A stretch of 62,576 nt of DNA, counting the filler, from Choristocarpus tenellus KU-1152 (Eukaryota; Protista; Phaeophyceae): NCBI GenBank assembly GCA_964200185.2. It is 10 parts of 10 records of this genome, joined end to end, with 100 filler letters (N's around TTAATTAATTAA, not from the genome) between each part and the next. Parts side by side here need not be neighbours in the genome. Positions count along the whole stretch, not along the records: positions 51,907 to 55,171 come from CAXNAD020021171.1; positions 55,272 to 58,551 come from CAXNAD020021070.1; positions 58,652 to 62,576 come from CAXNAD020017112.1; 7 more parts are not named here. One strand, written 5' to 3'. Positions 52,887 to 62,576 of the stretch are shown here, one piece after another. The notes beneath the pieces were generated by a model, which saw nothing but the letters and a program-made list of their open reading frames with translations, made no database searches and was not told the origin of the DNA. A program made the position numbers and the translations under genes. How positions within the stretch are numbered: position 1 is the stretch's first letter; each line of letters starts with the position of its first letter.

Positions 52887-54104
52887 CTGGTGGCGCATCA
52901 TGGCAGGGTTTCGAGTGTATGTTGTCGACTCTGTCAACACGCCATCAATGCGCACAAGCATTTCCCCAAGCCTTGGGTCACGTAGGTTATCCACAATGGC
53001 ATGCAAGAGGGGGCTACCACCTCTGTCTGTTTCCTCATAGCCAACATCTCTTTCTCCATCCTGTCTCCGTGCCTCCTCCATTCCCTCCTGAGTTGGATAA
53101 AGTTTTGGTAGTGGGCTTTGTCTGATTTCCCACTTGAGCATATGACTACGTTGTCTGGGAATCCCTTTTTAGACGTACTACAGTAGGAGACAATTTTTGT
53201 CCTACTAAAAGAAAAGCGTTTGCACCACCAATATTGCGGATTTTTTTCTCTCCCAAGGGATGCAATGGTGAGGTGTTGTACATATTTATGTACAAATTGT
53301 ACCTCAAATTCCTGAGGAACATGTACCATCTAGGCATTTTTCCGATATCTATTTTGCTCAGGAATATTTTTTCTGAAACATATACTACGCAGTACAGAAT
53401 GCAAAGACCTCAAATAGTCTAGATGAACAGTCAAGACCTAGAGAAAATCGCTGAATCTTGAACATCTCAGAAGAAAGAATAGCACTCCAATAGTGCATCC
53501 CAGCTATATGACCTATAGAAATGTTAACTTCAGGCAAGGAGCTCTTATATCAGTAATCGTAAAACCACAACAACCAAAATTCAGAATTCAAGAGCCTTAG
53601 AGGAGATCGGTATGGGTTCAGATAAAATAATCATATGTAGCCTTGAGCTTCACGCATTACAAATTTGTAGATTTCTCTCGTACTTCTCCCTTCAATGATT
53701 TTCTCCAATCTTCCAAATACCCTCCAACCAAAGAAAGTATATCTTGTGAGAATATAGTGCTCTACAGTTCTACAGTTTGATTTCTTCATTCCATGGTTAG
53801 AATTCTGTACACGATCCTCTATAATCCAGGAGTCTTGTACAGTATGGATGAACTCAGTGTGCTTCTCTCGAGGGAGGCTGGCAAAATAATATTTTTTGCA
53901 CTTCAATGAATTTGGTGGAGAAATGAGCGATGACATTGTCCCTCAATGACTCATTCCACGTGGACTATCCCCTGTTCTTGTTTATCTGAAGTCATATCCC
54001 TCACCTGGAGGGCATCTGCCAAGGGGCCAACCAGCCTTAGGGTGTGCCTGAGACATATGAGGGTTGCAATGCTCTTGCCAGCTGCGGCTGCTGAAATTTG
54101 CTGC
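52887..54104 (-). CDS. MSH4: MutS homolog 4 (meiotic), two internal exons
   Basis: Exons 54104-54005 and 53087-52887 join in phase: SIATLICLRHTLRLVGPLADALQ..SPLLHAIVDNL..RIDGVLTE..RNPAMMRHQ, resembling the MSH4 segment before CFAV. Confidence 0.65.
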
Positions 54105-55271
54105 CTATTTTGGGGAGTGTTAAGGGCAACCTGTTATTTTAATGGCTGAGCCAGACAATCTAAAAAGAATAGATGCTTAGCGAAGTCAAATGTTTAGATA
54201 TTTAGAACGACAATAAGCCCAGATCAAGAGGGAAAAAAATGGTTCAGCGAACCAGTTCCTTACTGAGGGGCAGGGCTGTGGAAAGAGCCAAAGTATCTTA
54301 GAGGGTAGAGCCGTGTCCGCATGGACCCAAAATCCAATGTTGCGATTTTGATGGAATTTTGGCAAAAGTGTTTGTCAGGAAGTGTCAATATCCTTGTTCG
54401 GATACACCTTTTCAAGCGTAACATTTTGCCTACTCCGAAACGGTAAAATGTCTTAAAAACCTATGGGAAGCTAAGCCCCAAATGTACAAACAGGGCAAAA
54501 CTCCTACCCTCTAAAATACTTTGGGTCGAAAACACAAACAACAAGAAAAGACCCATGTTTAATTAACTTCTCTCAAATACACACCAGGTCCAAGGGAAAA
54601 GAAATGTTTCTAGATAATCACTTGATAGTTCTATGCCACTGTTGACTATATCGAAACCAAATTGAAGGACGTGATAGTGCACGTGTGTGCTAAATTTGAA
54701 AGCTCACATCCTTATGCTCCAAAAAAGGTGTTGGGAACTCGCGTTCTAGAGTATTGAGTACGTCAGATGACCCTCCTCTCACATTATGTAACAGTACAAC
54801 TTCCTCTGGCTTTTTGTCAAGAAGAGTAATTTCAGAGTGTGTAGCTATCGATCAATACTAGTTTTCTTAAGGTCAGTTAGAGGGTTGTATCATTCACTTC
54901 TTCCCCGCCATCAGGACCTAGAGGGGGACTTTCTTTGTAGCATTGTCTTGTAAGTAATCAGTTTGTAAAGGCTCAAAGTATCTAGGGGAGGTGGTGGCTG
55001 TCCATTTGAGGTCAATTTTTTTTGTCGCGATTTTTGGGTGATTTGGTTGTATAAGTCGGATGGACAATGTAAATGCACTTTTCCTGATTTTGACCCAAAT
55101 GGACACCCTGGTATAGACACCCCCCCCCCCCCCCCCCCCAACCGCAGAGGACCACGCCCCAACCCAAAACCNNNNNNNNNNNNNNNNNNNNNNNNNNNNN
55201 NNNNNNNNNNNNNNNTTAATTAATTAANNNNNNNNNNNNNNNNNNNNNNNNNNNNNNNNNNNNNNNNNNNN

Positions 55272-55325
<54 letters not shown>

Positions 55326-55345
55326 GTAATAGTAGTAGTAGTATT
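55272..55345. repeat. (GTA)n microsatellite
   Basis: Direct reading. Confidence 0.95.
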
Positions 55346-55370
55346 GTCCGAACACAAATTAAATCAAAGG

Positions 55371-55497
55371 AGTTAGGGCTAGAGTTAGAGATATGATTAG
55401 GGCTAGAGTTAGAGATATGCTTAGGGCTAGGGCTGGGGTTAGATATATCCTTATGGTTAGGGATCGGGTTAGGTATAGGTATAGGGATAGGGTTAGA
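55371..55497 (+). repeat. Degenerate TTAGGG-like array
   Basis: ttagggctagagttagag..gttagggatcgggttagg..agggttag. Confidence 0.6.
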
Positions 55498-56037
55498 CCA
55501 ACCCTAAGCAGGTATGCTCAAAGACAGCAGCAAGGGTCATGCAGCCGACCCACTATTTCACAGGAACAAAGCCATGATACAAGGCACCGGGTTTTCACTG
55601 CATCCTCAGGCACCAAACAATGCCCCAACACAGATCAAACACCACAAGAGGACCACAAAAACCTCCAGTTCAGGTCCCTTCCAAACGTCTTCGGATCTAT
55701 TCACTTCTCTGACAGCCCTGGACAGCACTGTTACAAACATGATTCACCAGGCATAGCCTTCAATATGATCGTGCAATAAGATTGAAGGCCCTCGACTAAC
55801 CCTAACCCTAAACCTAACCCTATAAACAGTCCAGCCCCATCACAACCGTCCAGTCTGGTGTAAGGCCCTGAAATCATCACCTCACGTATTGGTGAATATT
55901 ATTATTTATTATTCACCTCTGATAATTCATGGTCACTCTTTTTGGCAAGTACAACCATACACTTTTCATTTTCCAACTAATATATCCTTTCATATTTGGA
56001 CATGATTAGTACTCTTGATTGATATTAGAGCCAGCAC

Positions 56038-58117
56038 CTATCTTGCATTCTCCAGGCTTGATGATGCCTGGGCAGTTGGGCCCAATGAGCCTGGTGGCAG
56101 TCTGTCGCTTGAGAGCGTGTTTGACCTTGGCCATGTCCTTCTGGGGTATACCTTCTGTGATGCAGACCACAAGAGGGATCTCACTCTGGTAACACGCAAC
56201 AGCATCACACATACGATATTTGGTTTATCAATCTGCATTGAGAATGTGTTAGCATCAACGCATCAACTGGCATTGAAAAAAAGGAAATTGGAAGGAAGTA
56301 TGGGACAAATAAAGTTCAAAAAATAAATAATAAATAAATAAAAAATAAATGTCAAGAAAAACAAGCAGTGAGTGTAAAACCATGAGTGTATGTATTCACG
56401 AGCCTGATGAGAAGAGAGCGCAAGGAATTTCTGCAAATACAAGAAGCTAGACATGTACATTTTTTATGTAATGCGTGCTTGTGTGTGTATGTGTGTGTGC
56501 AAGGTGAGGTGATCACCTTCTCATGGCAAATTATTAAAATCATGTTCATCTTTGTTATGTCAGTCCTGCTTCATAACTTGACAGCCTGCACACCAAGCAC
56601 AAATCAATTCGTTCATCGCTGAACAGTGCATCACCGCTACCAATATTCAGTCCACAAGGTGCAGGGTCACATACCAGACGGAAGATGTGGCAAGGGGGCA
56701 AGGGAGGGAGGACTGGATAAACAGAAGGAAGAAAGACAACAACAACAACAAAACACCACCAAATATAGCCAGCATTCGGTTCACCTGATACATTACATCT
56801 TCTGCCTACTTTGAAAGAGGTCTTACAAAAGACCATAGAAATCAATCTACTCTACCTTCAGTAGCAACACAGCTACTGATGAATGCTATGAATGTTTCGA
56901 GTTTTCCCTTCCCAGATAGTCCCGTAACACAACTCAAGAACTCGCTGCTTCCTCCTAAACGTTCAAGCAAACATTAGGCCTTGGAGGGAGAGGTTCGAAG
57001 GAGAGTGGATTGTCTACAGACTTGCAAAACAAAAAAAGTGTAGTAGACAACAAAAATTTTACTTCGGCTCCTCAACTAGATGCCACTATTGCTTTATCTA
57101 CCCTGACCAATGGGTTTATGGCGCAATCTCTTGCCTCTTGAGAGGTCTTGCGAATCAAGGTCATGGAAACACCCGTAACCCGTACTCACTTACCTCCACG
57201 GCATCCAGGATGGCGGCGGCAGCGAAGGGTGGGGGAACATAGATCACAGAGGCATCTGGGTTAACTCCAGCCTTCGCCTCAGCAACGTTATTGAACACCG
57301 GCTTTCCAAGGTGGTTACTCCCGCCTTTTTTCGGAGTGACACCTCCGACCAACTACCCGCAAAGATTTTCATCATATGTTGTGGTCAGAAAAGGTTGCTC
57401 CGTCATTTTGAAGGTTCGGAAACTTTGGGCCCAGGGTTCAGACTGAAACTAGGGTGATACGTACAGCTAGTTTCAAAGTTCGGGGCACGATGTGTTGAAG
57501 GCTGTATGCATCTTCCACGAGACTAGAGGTGGAAGGGGAGATGCCCTGTCACTTTGGGGAAAGCCAAGGGGCACAATATAATAATGTATTTCCGAACTTG
57601 ATTTCAGCGAGATTCCCACTCAAAAGTACCAACCACAGTGGACTTCGTTTCTAACCTTGACCTGAAGCAGAAGGTCGTCCAAGAGAGTGCAGAGTTGACA
57701 GATCCCAGCAGTTACATCAACTTGACACAACAAGGAGCATCAACGACATCAAAAAAAAGGATCACTAGTCCAACAGCTTTCGTTTTAAGATTAACTTAGC
57801 TCTTAGCCATCGATCTCGTGGAAAGGATTGCACACGAAGAGTCAACTTACTACATTTGGCGAATCGCCTTGTACGTCCGTAACAGCGACCATGGGGGGCT
57901 ACCCCCTTACACAGCTCACGTTAGTGCCGTAGTCCAGGGCTTGCTCTGAGTGGAAAGTCCCTTGTTTTCCGGTGAAACCCTGCACTATCACCTTGGTGTT
58001 CTTGTCCACCCACACCTTAGCTGTGGAGGACATACTCCTTGACCCTAAACCAGCCCCGACTCCCACCCGCCCGCAGCCATTAACCAGAGCAGACGCACCT
58101 CTCACCACTCCCGCCAT
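56038..58117 (-). CDS. SUCLG1: Succinyl-CoA ligase alpha subunit, mitochondrial (first 3 exons)
   Basis: Exons 58117-57920, 57352-57194, 56185-56038; [37 protein letters not shown]; Arg/Ser-rich presequence. Confidence 0.95.
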
Positions 58118-58882
58118 ATTTGCGAGTGGATTGCACTGATATATCGTTGCTGCAGAACAAGCTGCACGTTTTTGGGCACGTGCAACTTTGGTTTGGCAGT
58201 TTATACTATGGTGTTTGGAAGTTTGGGAAGGTGGACAACTTCGATCAACGTATAATATATATTATTTAATCATACGATGATGTAAAAACCAATACAACTA
58301 CATTATATATTATGCCCTCTGACATTTATATTAATTTTGTTTTTAATATTGTTAGAAAAGAAGGTATGTAATGCCACATAGCGCTATACAGCGCTACATT
58401 ATAGGTGTCTGTTATGTCAGTTGTTGATTAGTAGTGTATGTATTAATAGTAGTTAAATTCAGGCTACGCCAAATTGTTTCGGTGACTACGCAAGTGGCAT
58501 TGTCTCGACGTGCCATGCGCTTCAAACTAGAGTCACTAGGGAGATGGGCACNNNNNNNNNNNNNNNNNNNNNNNNNNNNNNNNNNNNNNNNNNNNTTAAT
58601 TAATTAANNNNNNNNNNNNNNNNNNNNNNNNNNNNNNNNNNNNNNNNNNNNAATTGCGACATGAAAAAATTGACCCCAAATGGACAGCCGCCACCCCCTC
58701 CCAGATACTTTGAGCCAGACCTTCCAGGTTTTGCATTTGAAGAGTCTTGCAGATTTTGTTGGTCTCAACTCCTTAGCACCAGCAGAATCTCAGTTGTACC
58801 TCCTTCATGTTTTGTGCTTACTACATGATTGCGCTTTGTTTTCCCTCATTTTTTTTTCTTACATCATGAACTGTAACCGTAA

Positions 58883-59071
<189 letters not shown>

Positions 59072-61542
59072 TGACGGAAACATTTAAGGATTTTCTAGTA
59101 TGTAGTAAGGCTTTGGTCTCCCTTATTCTGATTCTTGACACTGTAGTCGGAGTGTTTCTGACTCTGTGGTGTTGGGAAAACAATTATGTTTGAGCTTCTT
59201 TTTCTTTTTGTACGGGGTAGTATTTATTTTTTTCCCCCATTCTTTGATGTATTTGAGGTCTTCATCAGCTCCTTTCAGTTCTGTAAATTTAAAGTTCAAA
59301 TTTTTTTCAAGACTATTACTACTAGACATGTTAGTGTTGACAAGTTTGTTTTTTTTCCGATTCCTCCCTACAAGTCTGTTGGGGAATGAAAGCGCTCAGC
59401 GAGGACACAATAGCGTGTCTTCAGAATTGTTGGATGATGCGGTTTTATATTATGCTGAGTGGCGTCTGTGAGGCCAGTTTACAGCAGAGAGTGAGTCAAA
59501 GTAAGCGAGGGGTACCCAGAGTTGCGTTTTAAGGATCTCGGAAAATATGTGCAAAATTCGTCTTTTTGTACAAGGGTGTGTAGATATTTATTTATTTTCC
59601 GAGCTATGTCAAAATCTTTCCAACAAATGGACAAATAAAACCGCTCAAGTCAAACTTAAACACGTCATCCGTAGAAATCTGGGAGGATTGTGGAAGGTTG
59701 AAAAACTGGCGTAAGATGCAAAGACGGAGAAAAGCTGGGTACCACTCGTTTACCTTGACTTAGTTTGGTGGTTTGCTTGTGGGTTTTTGGCGTAGATTCA
59801 CTGCAATTGCAGCTAATGCGCCCATAGAGTTTTGGTGTCGTCTTCCCCTTCCCCAACATGCTACTGAGTTTGAAGTATCCACCAAGAATAGTCCCTTTTG
59901 ACCTGGTGTGTGCCCTGTGGTTAATCCTGTTTTGAGTTACAAGATGTTGCGTCTGTTTGAATAGGGAGCGCGAACAGTGGTTTTGGTAGAAGGCGTTAAT
60001 TAGTTGCAATTGTTGCAAGAACTGTGATACCTATGCTTGATGAGGTGTTGCGATGCACTCTTTATTCTTTATTCTTGAGTGTGTTCAATGACTCGTAATT
60101 CAAATTTGTTTGTGTTGCAATCCGCTGTTAGTATAATAATAATAATAATAATAGTAGGAAATAATGTGTATTTATTTGTTGACTTTTGATTCTTGAATAT
60201 ATATATATATATCAGATAGTAAGGATTTTTTTATTCTATTTTCATCTAAGAAGTATTTGTTGTGCTTTATTGCATGCACAAATATGTATTCTGAATTTAT
60301 AAGAATTGTGAGTGTTCTTTTGCTTCAATGCTCCGAAGTAGTAGCCACTCTGAACTGATTAAACTGGAGTCATTACTTTCCGTTCTTTAAAGTTTAAAAA
60401 AATGATATATGTCATTGTCAACGTTCTGAATTGTTTTTAAGTTTTTTTGAATTTATGCTTGAAAACATATAAATTTAAATATTTGTAGTGATTACAATTG
60501 TTCTATTTACAGTTGAATGATGTGGTGATAGCTACCCCCAATATATATAGTTGCACTGTATTCTACCTGGACATGTCTAACAGCAACAGACCAAAGTGTT
60601 TATTATGCTAAGAAGCACTTGATAGTATTTTTGTTTCAAAACATCTCACTGTAACTGTTCTGGGTGGATATGATCATACTATTTTATAATACTTGAATGT
60701 ATGCGACAATCAACATCCACTCGAAATTGATACAAAATTGTATCATCCTTTCTTGAAGCACATTCAGTCACACATCACAGTCATGCATCACAGTCATGCA
60801 TCACAGTCATGCATCATTCATTGCCCATGGCCGTGCTCAGTAATTCTTGTCTCATGGTGAGGCCTCCTGCATGTAGTTGCCGCACTCGCCACCATGTTCC
60901 ATGTTCCTGCTTTGTCAGTAGGATCAGCTGGTGACTAGAATTCGAACAATACTTCAACTTTTATCATGAACACTTCCACTCTGTAATAAATAAGCTAGGG
61001 ACACAGAGCTGGACAGGTAGCTAGGTCTTGGATTGGTTGGTGCCTTTTTGGTGGGTGCAAGAAGGTTGATGTCTTAAGACATGCGTGGAAGGTGGTTACA
61101 TTTGGACAGGTTTATTATGTACATATTTTGGTTATGTGTTTGTTGGGTTGGAGGGTGCAGAGTTGCATAATATCGTTACTGATGCAGTGTTGCATGTAAG
61201 GGGATTGTGTGCTTGATGGTGTTGGGTAAGGTGTTGGGTCTTTCGACATGGGCTGGAGACTTTCCTCAGCAGTTTTCCATGAATCAGAGGCGTGTAGGAG
61301 AACAGAGGTGTGTCTTCCCCTGGTAGATGCAGAATAATAACCTGATATGGTGCTCGTGCAAGGAATCGCATGCAACTACAGTTACCAGGATTGATGATAA
61401 TTTTAGAAACATTTATTAAGAAATAAAAAGGAAGAACTTGAAAATATGGATTGGGTTAGGGGATTTTGTGTGGAGTGTATGAAGACATCGCTGTTCTGTA
61501 TGGGTGGGACAGGTGAGTTTCAGGGATTTGCGGTATGTGCAG

Positions 61543-61576
<34 letters not shown>

Positions 61577-61641
61577 TAATAATAATAGTAATAATAATAA
61601 TAACAATAATAATAACAATAATAATAATAATAACAATAATA

Positions 61642-61674
<33 letters not shown>

Positions 61675-61766
61675 ATAACAATAGTAATAATAATAACAAT
61701 AATAATAATAATAACAATAATAATAATAATAATAATAACAATAATAATAATAATAATAATAATAAT
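61543..61766. repeat. (AAT)n microsatellite with AAC/AGT variants
   Basis: Direct reading. Confidence 0.97.
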
Positions 61767-62126
61767 CCCTGTATTTGTTTTGCTGGAACTTGTAGTTAGT
61801 TCAAAAGGAAGTGAGCTTTTCAATAGCATTGTCTGTATGATGGAAGAACCAGGGGCCAAGGTACCAATTAAAAAATGTATGATTTTTTTGCATGTGACAA
61901 CGGGTGAGGTACTACAATGGTACTACAACTGTACTGCAATGGTACTATAGTGGTACTACAATAGTACTATGGTGGTACTATAGTGGTACTACTGTGGTAC
62001 TGTGTTTTTTTCACTAATCATTTGCTGCACCAACGACTTGCTGCTGTGCTGTGTGTGTCATATTATTATTATATATTATTATTACATAGGAGATTAAGAA
62101 CAGGGAACATGTATACTCATATAATA

Positions 62127-62420
62127 TATGTGTATGTAAGGATACAATTCTGTTGGTGTTCTTGAGTTAGAATAGAAGCATAGCTTAGCTTCACTTTGTT
62201 GTTTGTATTCATGTTACATATGTATGTGTATGTAAGGATTGTATGTGTATGTAAGGATACAATTCTGTTGGTATTCTTGAGTTAAAATAGAAGCTAGCTT
62301 AGCTTCACTTTGTTGTTTGTATTTATGTTACATATATATGTGTATGTAAGGATTGTATGTGTATGTAAGGATACAATTCTGTGGGTGTTCTCGGTTAGAA
62401 TAGAAGCATAGCTTAGCTTA
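62127..62420. repeat. ~118-bp tandem repeat, about 2.5 copies
   Basis: tatgtgtatgtaaggatacaattctg..tagaagc..gcttagctt recurring. Confidence 0.85.
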
Positions 62421-62576
62421 GTCTTGGTGGTTGTTTGAAATTATTTAAACTTGAGGTAGTGAAAGTAATTGGTGTGTATCGATGATCAAGCTTTGCTGTC
62501 ATCATTGTCCGTAAACCTGAACAAATCCCGATCACATGCCTCTTCCCTGTCCTCCCCCCCTCCCCCCCTCATACAT

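Noticed and set aside
53720-53878. Open frame between AG and GT inside the MSH4 intron
   Set aside because: Phase-incompatible with the flanking exons, which join directly
61416-61950. Poly-I/N/L ORFs
   Set aside because: Translations of an (AAT)n microsatellite

Overview
Eukaryotic, intron-rich, repeat-rich DNA. It is most likely a brown alga or close stramenopile relative, judging from the EsV-1-7 repeat gene, algal-type ROCO GTPase, CRE-like element and TTAGGG repeats. The window is not contiguous: ten short contigs are joined by artificial 100-nt linkers (N44-TTAATTAATTAA-N44), so adjacency across linkers means nothing. Spliced genes reconstructed by hand: D-2-hydroxyacid dehydrogenase (partial), axonemal dynein heavy chain (6 internal exons), LSm2 (complete), IBA57/CAF17 (complete, 8 exons), an atypical CK2-alpha-like kinase with a signal-peptide-like N-terminus (partial), MSH4 (2 exons), succinyl-CoA ligase alpha (3 exons) and a FAN/BEACH exon. 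Mobile and relic DNA: a decayed Ty3/Gypsy element with putative LTR and PBS, a second Gypsy fragment, a Copia integrase, a CRE-type non-LTR fragment, two related MITE families, a ROCO pseudogene and an EsV-1-7 relic. The most interesting signals are (1) a four-exon ParB/Srx plus HTH gene of prokaryotic ParB-like architecture lying in a dynein intron, (2) telomeric hexamers apparently written into internal sites at pre-existing seeds, (3) a ~3.4-kb imperfect palindrome, and (4) the possibly secreted CK2-like kinase.
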